A stretch of DNA of 63,798 nucleotides, the filler included, from Octopus bimaculoides (Eukaryota): NCBI RefSeq assembly GCF_001194135.2. It is 5 parts of 5 records of this genome, joined end to end, with 100 filler letters (N's around TTAATTAATTAA, not from the genome) between each part and the next. Parts side by side here need not be neighbours in the genome. Positions count along the whole stretch, not along the records: positions 1 to 23,186 come from NC_069001.1; 4 more parts are not named here. The stretch is one strand, 5' to 3'. The translations under genes and the position numbers were made by a program. Shown in pieces: positions 1-12,014 of the stretch (positions within the stretch are counted from its first letter, which is position 1; every line of letters starts with the position of its first letter). The notes beneath the pieces were generated by a model, which did not search any database, was not told the origin of the DNA, and worked only from the letters and a program-made list of their open reading frames with translations.

Positions 1-495
1 TCAGTATTTTAAAATATATATTTTAAGATATATATTTTCTTCTCTCAGCGCTTACAGATTAATGAGAGTCAGTCGACTTTCTGACCTTAATCTGGCTGTT
101 GAAGGTCTAAAAGAATTATGGTGCCGAAGGCTGGCTAGTCATTCAAACTTACTTCTTACAGTTTTGATGTTTCTACACATTTCTTGAAGTAAATGCTTTC
201 CATTTTGTTAGAATTCAGACAATATGTACATTGAGTCTTGTGTTCATTGAGTTTTTGATGTTATGTTTGATTAATTTTCATTTTCAATCTTTAAAATTAT
301 TCTAAAAAAGCGAGGAAAATAATTGAAACATATGGAACATACCATTGTGAGGGACATAGATATTTTGACACCCTTTTTTTGATTGAATATATTTTGTTTA
401 CTTAAAAATTGGAATTTTAGAAAATAATATTTTTTTTATAACCGATATTTCTGCTTTTGTTAACATAAAATTATAGAATACAAAATTTGTAAGAT

Positions 496-1055
496 TTGGC
501 TGTTATTTCTAGCATGTGGAGAGACCTAGGCTTAACTTTATGTGCTGGTTGAAAATCACCTAAAAAAAGATTCTGGGGTCGATACATTCAGCTAAAAATT
601 CTTCAAGGCAGTGCCCCAGCATGGCTGCAATCCAGTGACTGAAACAAGTGAAAATAATAAAAAGCGATGAATAAACAAAAAATATAACCAAGCGGGGGGT
701 TATAAAAAAATTTCAAAAGATTTGGCTGTTATTTCTAGCATGTAGAGATACTTTCTAGGCTTAACTTCATATGCTAGTTAAAAATCATCTAAAAAAAATT
801 CTGGATTTGATACAATTGACTAAACATTCCTTGTGGTGGTGCCCCAGCATGGCCGCAGTCTAATGACTACAACAGGTAAAAAGCACAACAAAAATGAATT
901 ATATCATAGAAGTGGTTTTGATCAAGCCTCAAAGGAATTCTGGGTTCTATACAGCCCTCTAAAAGTTCTTCAAGGTGGTGCCCCTGCAGTCTAATAACTG
1001 CAAAAAGTAAAAAAAAAAAAATCTGGGATCGATATATTCAACTAAAAATTCTAAA
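496..1055 (+). repeat. Tandem cluster of 3-4 degenerate SINE family B 3' modules
   Basis: Recurrent ttctggggtcgat...gtgccccagcatggc.gca...gactgaaacaag module near 560-665, 800-890, 930-1010 and partially 1015-1055; matches the 3' end of family B copies elsewhere in the window. Confidence 0.65.
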
Positions 1056-1139
1056 ACCAAAACAATATATCTGTAAAATATAACTTTGAGGCTTTTGTCT
1101 TAGGGTGCTTTTGTCCTAGGGCGCTTTTGTCTGGATCCC

Positions 1140-1188
<49 letters not shown>

Positions 1189-1479
1189 GAGTGAGAGAGA
1201 GAGAGAAAGAGAGATTTTTTGAAGTGATGTACAGATATTGTATATTTAGAATAATAAGGTAGTCAGAATGTTTGATAATTTATATATCTTTTTATTCATT
1301 TACATCTTATTTACGTTCTTTAGCGCTTTCTTCCGTTATCGGATGTATATTAAAAAATGGTTCAAATTTAAATTTCTTAGCCTTTTTATGAAGAATTTTC
1401 TGGGGTTTGCCAACCAAGTGAAAAGAAAAAAGAAAAGAATTTTTGGGAGGAGGGGGAGGTAAAGTGGTGTGGCTTTTGT

Positions 1480-1988
1480 ATGGTCAGACTATTTTGTTTT
1501 GTACCCAAAAACATCGAAACATACACCACAATCAAACAAAACCTCCCCTTACTCACCACAGACCCGAAAATGAATAATATCAATACTCACAAAGTCCTTA
1601 AATGCAAAAGGCAACAGAAATCTTTGAAAAAACTCTTAACTAATGCCAAACTACACACACCACTTCCACCCCATCTAAGAACAGACACAAACTTCCTGTT
1701 GACAAAGAGTCTAGAACTCCAACTAAAAAGTATAAAACCCACAGAATTGTCTTCCTTTACACACACTTTAACACATAAACTCTCAGCCCTTTTTAAACAC
1801 AACATAATTCTTAATTGCATGCATCCTAATCTATTTAACAATTATCTACATGGATTACCATTGAACTTTAAAAACTCAAAGACAATATAATGTATTGGTA
1901 TATTTATTTTTTATATATTTTTTATATTTTTGTAAAATATGCTTTCAGTTTAGCATTCTGCTTTATCATTATTATTATCTTTTATTTT

Positions 1989-1990
<2 letters not shown>
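1480..1990 (+). mobile_element. Penelope-like retroelement 3' fragment with the GIY-YIG domain deleted
   Basis: Encodes the RT-endonuclease linker (IKQNLPLLTTDPKMNNINTHKVLKCKRQQKSLKKLLTNAKL). Near-identical to 12095-12159 and 12612-12880, with the intervening ~452 bp missing at junction 1675/1676. Confidence 0.8.
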
Positions 1991-2025
<35 letters not shown>

Positions 2026-2586
2026 GCTGTGTGGACGTTTAGTGGACTCAAAATCACTCTTTTGAAAACATATAGAATTTCAATCAAAAAACGTTGACCA
2101 CATCCAGGACTGGTTTTAAGCTGATTGGACTGATTTCTCCAAATCTCGTCCCGCATCAAAGGGGGCCCTGCACTCAAGAGGGCCACATTCTATGCTGTGA
2201 CATTTCATAAAGGTAGTCTTCCTGCAGTCTTTCAAAACAATCTACAACGTTTTTAAAAAAAAAAAAACGAAAATACATTTTACAATTTAGCAGCATAAGA
2301 TATCAATAGATAAACCCATTTATCCTAAACTGCTTTGATCAGCCGCTGAATTTGAAGACATTTCTTGTATTTTTAGTGTAAGGGTCAATATGTATGTTTG
2401 TATGTGAATGTTTAGGAGTGTTTATGGGGATGTTTGGGTAAAATATTTGTATGTCTGTGAGAGTATGTATGTAGGTGAATCGTATGTGTATATATGTGCG
2501 TATGCTTCTGTGTGTCAGTTTCTATAAATATGTTTAATTTTGGGGAAATTTTTTTATTTCAATAAAATATATTTTATATGTGTATG

Positions 2587-2629
<43 letters not shown>

Positions 2630-3059
2630 NNNNNNNNNNNNNNNNNNNNNNNNNNNNNNNNNNNNNNNNNNNNNNNNNNNNNNNNNNNNNNNNNNNNNNN
2701 NNNNNNNNNNNNNNNNNNNNNNNNNNNNNNNNNNNNNNNNNNNNNNNNNNNNNNNNNNNNNNNNNNNNNNNNNNNNNNNNNNNNNNNNNNNNNNNNNNNN
2801 NNNNNNNNNNNNNNNNNNNNNNNNNNNNNNNNNNNNNNNNNNNNNNNNNNNNNNNNNNNNNNNNNNNNNNNNNNNNNNNNNNNNNNNNNNNNNNNNNNNN
2901 NNNNNNNNNNNNNNNNNNNNNNNNNNNNNNNNNNNNNNNNNNNNNNNNNNNNNNNNNNNNNNNNNNNNNNNNNNNNNNNNNNNNNNNNNNNNNNNNNNNN
3001 NNNNNNNNNNNNNNNNNNNNNNNNNNNNNNNNNNNNNNNNNNNNNNNNNNNNNNNNNNN

Positions 3060-3106
<47 letters not shown>

Positions 3107-3110
3107 TATA

Positions 3111-3336
3111 CAGGCGTTGGACGAAATAATGGAAACACCTTAAAATTTCAAACAAATTTATTTTAGTATGGGGAAAGACCACCATTGGCAGTAATTACAT
3201 GTTGAATTCTATGAGGTATAGTCTCATACAAAGTTTGAATTGTTTCCAAAGGAATTTTTGTCCATTCTTGAGATAAAACAGTCTCCGGTTCTTGTAGTGA
3301 TGATGATGAAGGATATCGACTCCTTACTTAGAGTAC
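3111..3336 (+). mobile_element. Tc1/mariner-like DNA transposon terminus, interrupted by a family C element
   Basis: TA followed by CAGGCGTTGGACGAAATAATGGAAACACCT, resembling Tc1-type TIRs; no partner TIR found. Confidence 0.5.
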
Positions 3337-3752
3337 CTTTCATTCATTGGGCAATAAACTGTGCTTGAGAAGACCTTTTAGGTCAAGTGAAATCATTGTC
3401 CCAATACCAGTCCCACTGGACTGGCTCCCGGGCTGGTGGTACATGAAATGTACCATACAAACGTGGTCGATGCCAGTGCTGCCTGACTGGCCCTTGTGCT
3501 GGTGGCATGTAAAAAGCACCATTTGTGTGGATGATACCATTATCGTCTGACTGGCTCTCATGTTGGTGGCGTGTAAAAAGCACCCACTACACTCTTGGAG
3601 TGGTTGGCATTAGGAAAGGCATCCAGCTGTAGAAACCTTGCCAGATCAGATTGGAGCCTGGTACAGCCTTCTGGCTTGCCAGTCCTCAGTCAAACTGTCT
3701 AACCCATGCCAGCATGGAAAGTGGACGTTAAACGATGATGATGATGATGATG
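3337..3752 (+). mobile_element. Non-autonomous retroposon, family C (internal repeats, (GAT)n tail)
   Basis: Repeated gactggc...tgctggtggca.gtaaaaagcacc units ending catgccagcatggaaagtggacgttaaacgatgatgat; related copies at 13385-13570 (-) and 63490-63798 (+). Confidence 0.75.
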
Positions 3753-4357
3753 TTGAAGAGCTTTATATTTTTCAGAATGTATAAAACAAGGGCGAAAATC
3801 TAAAGGTCTAAAAACAAGCATAGATGTTCAGGACAAATTTATGAAAATGTTTTGGACAGGCAAAAGGTTACCTCAGCTGACACATTATAGTCTGGGATGG
3901 AGTTTATATTAATTTGTATCTTATGTCTCAATTTCTGTTACTTGAGTCACATTGAAAACTTGAAGGTTTCTTTGAAGTCGACTCTGGAAATCTGACAAAG
4001 CTAAGAGTTATTTCACAAAGAGATAGCAGCCCATGTTTCATCATATCGATGACATACAAGGATAGGTAATGTGGTTGAGAGGTAGAGAGACGGAGGGATA
4101 TAGATGATAATAATAATTAAAAAGATAGTGATAAAGGGAGAAGATAAAACTTGAAAGTAAAGGAAAACAAAACAAAGGTACGTGCAGCCACATAATTTCT
4201 CATGTTTTTTATCTGTATTTATGTATAAATATACTGATGTATTCTAGCATGTGACATACACATACACACATTAATATTCATGTGTCTACGTATATTTATA
4301 TAATATATATATATATACACATGTATCAATTTGTGTGTGTCTCTCTCTCTCTCTCTG

Positions 4358-4404
<47 letters not shown>

Positions 4405-4473
4405 TTGTGTGTATGTATATGTATATATAGAGAGAGATGTATGTATGNNNNNNNNNNTAGAGAGAGATGTATG

Positions 4474-4513
<40 letters not shown>

Positions 4514-4918
4514 CAGAGAGAGAGAGAGAGGAGGGGGAGAGAGAGGGAGAGCGACACGCACGCACACACACACACACACACACATACACACACACAAAAA
4601 AACACATATATTAAAATGTGTGCAAGTGCTTGTGATAAGATATATAAAATAACATTTATACCCTTTGAAATGTCTTGCACAGAATTTGTCAAAGCTAGCA
4701 AGTCTGTATCTTTTCATTCTTTTCATCCTATCCTCTCTTTCTTCCATCAAATCCATTCACAATTCCCTCCTCTCCATCTCTTTCATATCTTCTCATGTTT
4801 TTATCAAAATTCCTTTTTGTTTTCATTGCTCCTTATTCTGAATATCTTTCCTTTCTTTACTCTGATCTATTTTCCTCACAATTTCCATTACAGCTCTAGA
4901 CTATCTCTGCATCTTGTT

Positions 4919-4969
<51 letters not shown>

Positions 4970-4997
4970 GTNNNNNNNNNNATCTCTGCATCTTGTT

Positions 4998-5035
<38 letters not shown>

Positions 5036-5179
5036 CTTCTCCATTTCTTTGTGCCTCTCTCAATATCTGTCTCTTTGTTGTTCAGTTTGTCTGTTTAGTT
5101 TGTTGCTCTATTTATCTATCTTTCTCCCAACCTCCCAGTCTGTCTGTCTACCCATTCATCCATCCATCCATCCATCCAT

Positions 5180-5293
5180 CGATGAAAGGTAAAATGAACC
5201 CCAGTGGAATTTGAACTCAGAACGTAGAGGCAGGCAAGATACCACTAAGCATTTTGCCTGGTGTGTTAACGATTCTGCCAAATCACTGCCTTC
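5180..5293 (-). mobile_element. SINE family A, partial (5' half)
   Basis: Reverse complement of ggcagaatcgttaac...ctgagttcaaattcc (A and B box-like motifs). Confidence 0.7.
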
Positions 5294-5312
5294 TGATGTA
5301 GTTTTAGCATAA

Positions 5313-5530
5313 CAAGTGAAGGTGCATGGCAAAGTGATTTGGGTGTTGAATTTAGAATTACAAGATCATGGTTTCAATTCCTAGGCCTGGTTGTGTGCTG
5401 TGTTTTTGAGTAAAAACATTCTGGTTTCATATTGCTTCAGTCTACTCAACTGTAAATGGGTGACCCTGTGACATACCGGCATCTTGTTTAAAGAGAACAT
5501 TGTGATCCTGGCCAGTTGTATGTTGATGAG
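5313..5530 (+). mobile_element. Degenerate tRNA-headed SINE
   Basis: gaaggtgcatggc..agtg...ggtttcaattcc head resembling the copy at 38262. Confidence 0.5.
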
Positions 5531-5549
5531 CAGCTATGTGGGTCCTAGG

Positions 5550-5910
5550 ACTTGAGGCAGTAGTGACCAGGGGTTGATGGTGATGATGATGGTGGTGGTG
5601 GTAGTGGTGATGGTGACGATGATGATGGCAATAATGATGGTGATGATGATAGTGATGGTAGTGCTGGTGCTGGTGATGATGTTAGTGATGGTGGTGATGA
5701 TGATGATGATGAGGAGGAGGTGGAAGTGGAGAAGAATGATGATGTTGATGATAGTAGTGTTGATGCTGGTGCTGGTGATGATGTCAATAACGATGATTAT
5801 GATGGTGATGATGATGAGGAGGAGGGAGAGATGGAGAAGGAGGATGGTGTTGGCGGTGACAGCAGTGGTAGCAGTATATGTAATGATGATGATGATGATG
5901 ATTGATGATG
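5550..5910. repeat. Degenerate (GAT/GGT)n trinucleotide tract
   Basis: Directly visible; generates poly-M/V/D artefact ORFs. Confidence 0.95.
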
Positions 5911-6556
5911 TTATATAGTGAGATGTCCTTCCAAACATCAACTCCTTTTTTGCCACACAGAAAATGACTGTGTCCCAAATCTGGTGGTGGTCGTGGTGGA
6001 AGAGGCTATTATGGCTAAGTAGACAGCATCATTCAGTCAATATTTACTGAGTTGCTTTCGATTGCTTCTCTGACAAACATTTTAAGATATTTCATGTTTG
6101 TGTGCATTAAAATTAAGCTGTGACAAATTATCAAAAAACATAGCAAAATAAATAAACAAAAATGCTAAAAGCTTTGTTGTACACTTTCTCTTTGTCACAA
6201 CTTCAATTCATTCTACTTACATATATACACACAGCCATTAATGAAACTGTAAAAATATGTAAAACTTCCACAATTTTGCCTCTAGCATGAGTATATATTT
6301 ATGTGAATATAGTCATACAAATTTATGTACGTATATAAGACAAAACAAACAGTCTCAAACATGCAATAAAATGCATGAATGCACTTACATATATGAGCAG
6401 GTGCATTCATGGAAACCTAGTTGATGTTATGTATATAAATACATAGACATACAATGACATAAACACACACACACACACACACACACATTTATATATTGTC
6501 AACGTATCATATATCCAAATATGAAACACACTCTAAAGTATATATGCGTGTGTGTG

Positions 6557-6633
<77 letters not shown>

Positions 6634-6788
6634 GTGTATATATACATATATATATGTATATATGTATGTGATTGGATATATATATACATGTATGTGTATA
6701 TACATATATAGATAAATATGTATGTATGTGTGTTTGTGTGTAAGTGCATATACATCTCTCTGTCTATCTATCTATCTATCTATCTATC

Positions 6789-6830
<42 letters not shown>

Positions 6831-7333
6831 TACACACACACGCAAGTCAAAACACAAATTCTCACATATAGTGACGCTATGTATACATAATACACACACA
6901 CATGCACCCACACCCACACCCACCAGTATGTACAAAGATGCAAACAGCAATCAAATCGAATCTGATACCATACGTTATGGAAATGGTATCCTGTTGGGTA
7001 ATAAGCTTGTCAATACTGCTTTTTGTCCTCTTATTAAACCAATTACCTTGTCTGCTCACAAAACAATAATGCATATAGTGCTTCTAGAAATGTATAGCCT
7101 GAATCAAAAGATATCTTTCACCTTTTCCTTTGTAGTTGACTTGAAATGCTATAGGCCAAATATTAAGAATGACAGAAAGCAATGGGATCTTATTGCCTAA
7201 TATTTTACAAACATTGGAGGGAAGGTGGCTGAATAAGCATTTTTCTCTGGTAAGATAAAGAAAATTTATCGTCATTAAGGAAAACTTAACATGGCTTGTA
7301 TAACAATACAACCTTTTTATGTGGTCAAGAGCC

Positions 7334-7620
7334 AATTCTTTTCTACTCTAGGCACAACGTTTGGAATTTTTGGGGAGTGGGGGGGAAGTCAGTTAGATCG
7401 ACCCCAGTATGCAACTGGTACTTAATTTATCGACCCCGAAAGGATGAAAGGCAAAGTCATTGGTGGAATTTGAACTCAGAATGTAAAGACAGTTGAAATA
7501 CTGCTAAGCCTTTTGCCTGGCATGCTAACGTTTCTTATTTGTTTTATTGCCCACAAGGGGCCAAACATAGAGGAGACAACAAGGACAGACAAAGGATGAA
7601 AGGCAAAGTGGAAACCTGAT
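7334..7620 (-). mobile_element. SINE family A dimer (upstream monomer internally deleted)
   Basis: Junction gcatgctaacg|tttcttattt at 7530/7531, matching 56906/56907. Confidence 0.8.
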
Positions 7621-7679
7621 CGTGCAAGCTCTAGACTGTAGTAAGAATGAAAGCACTTCCAGCCCCTCAAATGGTCTCT

Positions 7680-8170
7680 TTAAAAGTGTGTGCTGGGGCA
7701 TTGTCATGCAGTAGGAGTGCTCATCTTCAATTCACCATAGCTGGGTAGCAAGCTTTCAAAGTATCATCTACTCAATGCAGTTGTTGGGCATAAATGCAAG
7801 CGTTTAGAAGCTCAAGTTGTTGAGCCTGGTCATTGGTCAGTTCATGAGGATCTTCTTGACTGTGTCTGTACACAAGGCCAAGCTTATGGAAGTGTCAACT
7901 GATGGTACTTTGTGAAGGACTAAGTTCTGTTAACAGTATACAAGTATTTGTGATTGGCTCTTGTCCAACCATCTTAAGCAAGGCCTCATCTCCCTGATCT
8001 TGGGTTCTCTTCAAAGGTTGTGTCACCATCCTTGAAATATCTGAACCAGTTTTGTACCACACATTCACTGACAGATCTTGAGGCTTTCCTCATCATTAAT
8101 TTCTTTTGCTGCTGCCCTTGCACTCAGTCCCTTTTTTCTACAGGTAGCGAAATGGCTCTAATTGCAATTT
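7680..8170 (-). mobile_element. Mariner transposase relic
   Basis: Minus-strand translation gives VVQNWFRYFKDGDTTFEENPRSG (HTH region) and LHDNAPAHT (mariner catalytic-domain motif), with stops and frameshifts. Confidence 0.8.
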
Positions 8171-9149
8171 TTTGACCATTGACTGTCCAAGCTGTAAAAT
8201 AAAGAGTAAACACTTAATACTTATGTGTTAAACGTGAAAATAAATAATAAATACTTCAGCAAAGTTTGGACAAGTTGTATCAAATTAATGATACAATATG
8301 GAGAGACATGTTGCCAAATATCATCAGTGAAGATCCACGCAGACATTTGAATCAACCTAATACCTGTATGCCTGTATTTGGATGGTTTTTGTGTGGATGT
8401 GTATAAATACTGATATTCCATATTCTCATTGCTTGACTGATCTGTGTTGACATTCCATGTTGCATTCCTTTTTGAGATAATTACAGACCGGTCACTCACT
8501 CGGTGCTTTCAAAGAACTTTGGAATAAAAAATTCCTTATGTGAAAACAGATAACAGTTGGCAACAGGAATTGCATTCAGCCATAAAATCCTGCCTCAAAG
8601 AAACTCAAAACCCAACCAAATCCATGTTAGCAGGGAGAAGATGTTAACCAAAGATGGATATGCATGTATATACTTATATATATATATATATATNNNNNNN
8701 NNNNNNNNNNNNNNNNNNNNNNNNNNNNNNNNNNNNNNNNNNNNNNNNNNNNNNNNNNNNNNNNNNNNNNNNNNNNNNNNNNNNNNNNNNNNNNNNNNNN
8801 NNNNNNNNNNNNNNNNNNNNNNNNNNNNNNNNNNNNNNNNNNNNNNNNNNNNNNNNNNNNNNNNNNNNNNNNNNNNNNNNNNNNNNNNNNNNNNNNNNNN
8901 NNNNNNNNNNNNNNNNNNNNNNNNNNNNNNNNNNNNNNNNNNNNNNNNNNNNNNNNNNNNNNNNNNNNNNNNNNNNNNNNNNNNNNNNNNNNNNNNNNNN
9001 NNNNNNNNNNNNNNNNNNNNNNNNNNNNNNNNNNNNNNNNNNNNNNNNNNNNNNNNNNNNNACACTCACATACAAATACAAACATACAAAAACAAACATT
9101 AAACAATTATGGTGATAATAGTAAAAACGAAAGGGTCCAAGTGTCTTGC

Positions 9150-9350
9150 TAAGCCATAGGCTCATAAGGCTGGCTTCCTGGATTCTGTGGCGTATATATT
9201 CCCCCACTGGATAGTAAGCTGATCCATCACTGGATTACTCACTTTTGCCATCTGAGTGGACTGGGACAATGAGAAATGAAGTGTTTTGCTGAAGAACACG
9301 ATGCATCTCCCAGTTTGGGAATTAAAACCATGATAAAACAGCCAGAACTA
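9150..9350 (-). mobile_element. Degenerate SINE relic
   Basis: gagtggactgg..caatg.gaaatgaagtgttttgct.aagaacac...gggaatt.aaacca pattern of an old tRNA-derived SINE. Confidence 0.5.
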
Positions 9351-9420
9351 CACACTCATGGCTACATACATAAATTCATACATATGCACATACATACATA
9401 TATGCCCATACGCACACATA

Positions 9421-10696
9421 CTAAGTGGCATCAAAATATTCCTGGACTAGTTTTGTAGTGCACCATCAGATGGCTGCATACAGTCATGTGCATAGAGAGA
9501 GCTAGCAGTGACCTCTATGAGGCAGTGTGTTGAGTAATATTACTGTGTTTACTTCACAAATTGTGAAATTTGTGTTTTTGTGATTACATGAATGCAGTAG
9601 ACTGCAATTTTGTCAAGAGCCAACGTGAAATTTTGTGTTAAACTCGAGAAGTCTGTGATAGGGAAATTGAGCATGCTTTGGTAAGCTTATGGCAATGAGG
9701 TAGATGGGTCGTCTGCAATGTTTCAAGTGGCCCAGGTGCTTCAAATGCAGAAGAACATCCCTGGAAGATGTTAAGTGATCTGGAAGACCTGCTACAAGTA
9801 TCATTCCTGGAAACAGGGAGAAAAATTATCAGCTTGTATATTATGATCATCAGAAGACAATCAACAACATTGCTGATGTTGTTGGTCTGTCGTAGGTGTC
9901 CATCCTGGCAATCCTAACATCTGAATTGAACATGTGGCACGTTTGTCCCCTGCCTGATGACCACTGAGGAGAAAGAAAACCGCATCGAATTCTGTCAAGA
10001 TGTCCGTCAGTGTGCCACTGATGATCCATCCTTCATGTCAAGGATTATCATTGATGTTGAGGGTTCAGTCTATGGGTATAAGCCTGAGATGAAGCAGCAG
10101 TCGTCACAATGGAAGAGCCCTTCATCTCCATGACTGAAGAAAGCATGACAGAGCCACAGCTCAATCAAGAGCACGCACATCGTTTTTTTTTTTTTGACAT
10201 CTGTGGTATTGAGCATTGAGAATCCATCCCCCAGAACCAGACCATCAATTGAGAGTTCTACTGTGGAATTTTGAAGCATTTGAGGGAGGACATTTGACAA
10301 AAGTGACCAGATCTGTGGGATGTAAAGAACTTGATTATTCACAACGACAATGTACCCTGTCACCAACCACTCTTCACTCATGAGTATCTCACCAAAAACA
10401 ACACGGTATTGCTTCTGCACCTGCCCTTTTCACCAGATTTAGCATTTACAAACTTCTATCACTTTCCCAAGATGAAAATGTACCTCAAAGTTGTCATGAT
10501 GTAGAACAACTCGCAGAGGGTCCTTGACTTGCTTATGGAAAATGACTTTTCCAGGTCAGATTCCAAATGTGGCAGGAATGCTGGGACTGGTGTATTGCTG
10601 TGCAAGGTGGCTATTTTGAAGGACATGATGAGAAAACTTAGATAAAAAAGCTACTTTATTTTTATTAAACATCATTAGTCTGGAAACTTTTTGATA
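9421..10696 (+). mobile_element. Near full-length degenerate mariner (~1.28 kb)
   Basis: Left TIR ..gcatcaaaatattcctggactag pairs with right ..tagtctggaaactttttgat; transposase remnants RANVKFCVKL, SGRP, YKPEMKQQSSQWK, HNDNVPCH; many stops and frameshifts. Confidence 0.9.
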
Positions 10697-10706
10697 TATA
10701 TGTATG

Positions 10707-10764
<58 letters not shown>

Positions 10765-10780
10765 GATGCTTGTATGAGTG

Positions 10781-10814
<34 letters not shown>

Positions 10815-11697
10815 GTGATANNNNNNNNNNNNNNNNNNNNNNNNNNNNNNNNNNNNNNNNNNNNNNNNNNNNNNNNNNNNNNNNNNNNNNNNNNNNNNNN
10901 NNNNNNNNNNNNNNNNNNNNNNNNNNNNNNNNNNNNNNNNNNNNNNNNNNNNNNNNNNNNNNNNNNNNNNNNNNNNNNNNNNNNNNNNNNNNNNNNNNNN
11001 NNNNNNNNNNNNNNNNNNNNNNNNNNNNNNNNNNNNNNNNNNNNNNNNNNNNNNNNNNNNNNNNNNNNNNNNNNNNNNNNNNNNNNNNNNNNNNNNNNNN
11101 NNNNNNNNNNNNNNNNNNNNNNNNNNNNNNNNNNNNNNNNNNNNNNNNNNNNNNNNNNNNNNNNNNNNNNNNNNNNNNNNNNNNNNNNNNNNNNNNNNNN
11201 NNNNNNNNNNNNNNNNNNNNNNNNNNNNNNNNNNNNNNNNNNNNNNNNNNNNNNNNNNNNNNNNNNNNNNNNNNNNNNNNNNNNNNNNNNNNNNNNNNNN
11301 NNNNNNNNNNNNNNNNNNNNNNNNNNNNNNNNNNNNNNNNNNNNNNNNNNNNNNNNNNNNNNNNNNNNNNNNNNNNNNNNNNNNNNNNNNNNNNNNNNNN
11401 NNNNNNNNNNNNNNNNNNNNNNNNNNNNNNNNNNNNNNNNNNNNNNNNNNNNNNNNNNNNNNNNNNNNNNNNNNNNNNNNNNNNNNNNNNNNNNNNNNNN
11501 NNNNNNNNNNNNNNNNNNNNNNNNNNNNNNNNNNNNNNNNNNNNNNNNNNNNNNNNNNNNNNNNNNNNNNNNNNNNNNNNNNNNNNNNNNNNNNNNNNNN
11601 NNNNNNNNNNNNNNNNNNNNNNNNNNNNNNNNNNNNNNNNNNTATATATATATGCAACTCTGTATACGATTCTGATGATTGCGGTTACATTACAAAT

Positions 11698-11755
11698 CAG
11701 GCTGATGAGGAATAGACAAATGGTAAGAATTTGTTAAATCCGAAACTAGTTCCTG
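11698..11755 (+). ncRNA. Hammerhead ribozyme motif (type I, minimal palindromic stem III)
   Basis: CAGG-CUGAUGA-GGA...GACAAAU/AUUUGUU...UCC-GAAA-CUAG-UU-CCUG: stems I and II pair, stem III is palindromic (ACUAGU). Lies ~260 bp upstream of a Penelope fragment. Confidence 0.7.
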
Positions 11756-12014
11756 TTTAATAATGCTTTTTTAGGTGATTTTAAATGTCTTGCACGCTCA
11801 CGTTTTTGGTATGCTGCTATATTTCATGTTGAGTACAATTTAGGTCTTAATAGACACAAGATGTGATCTATTTCTAGCGCATTAATTGTCCACGTTAGTG
11901 GTCGACATTATTTTTTTAAATATATATATAGATAGATAGATAGATATATATTTATATATAAGTCAGTAAATGGAGTAGTTGTGTTAAATGGAGAAATAAT
12001 AGGAAAAATAAAAA

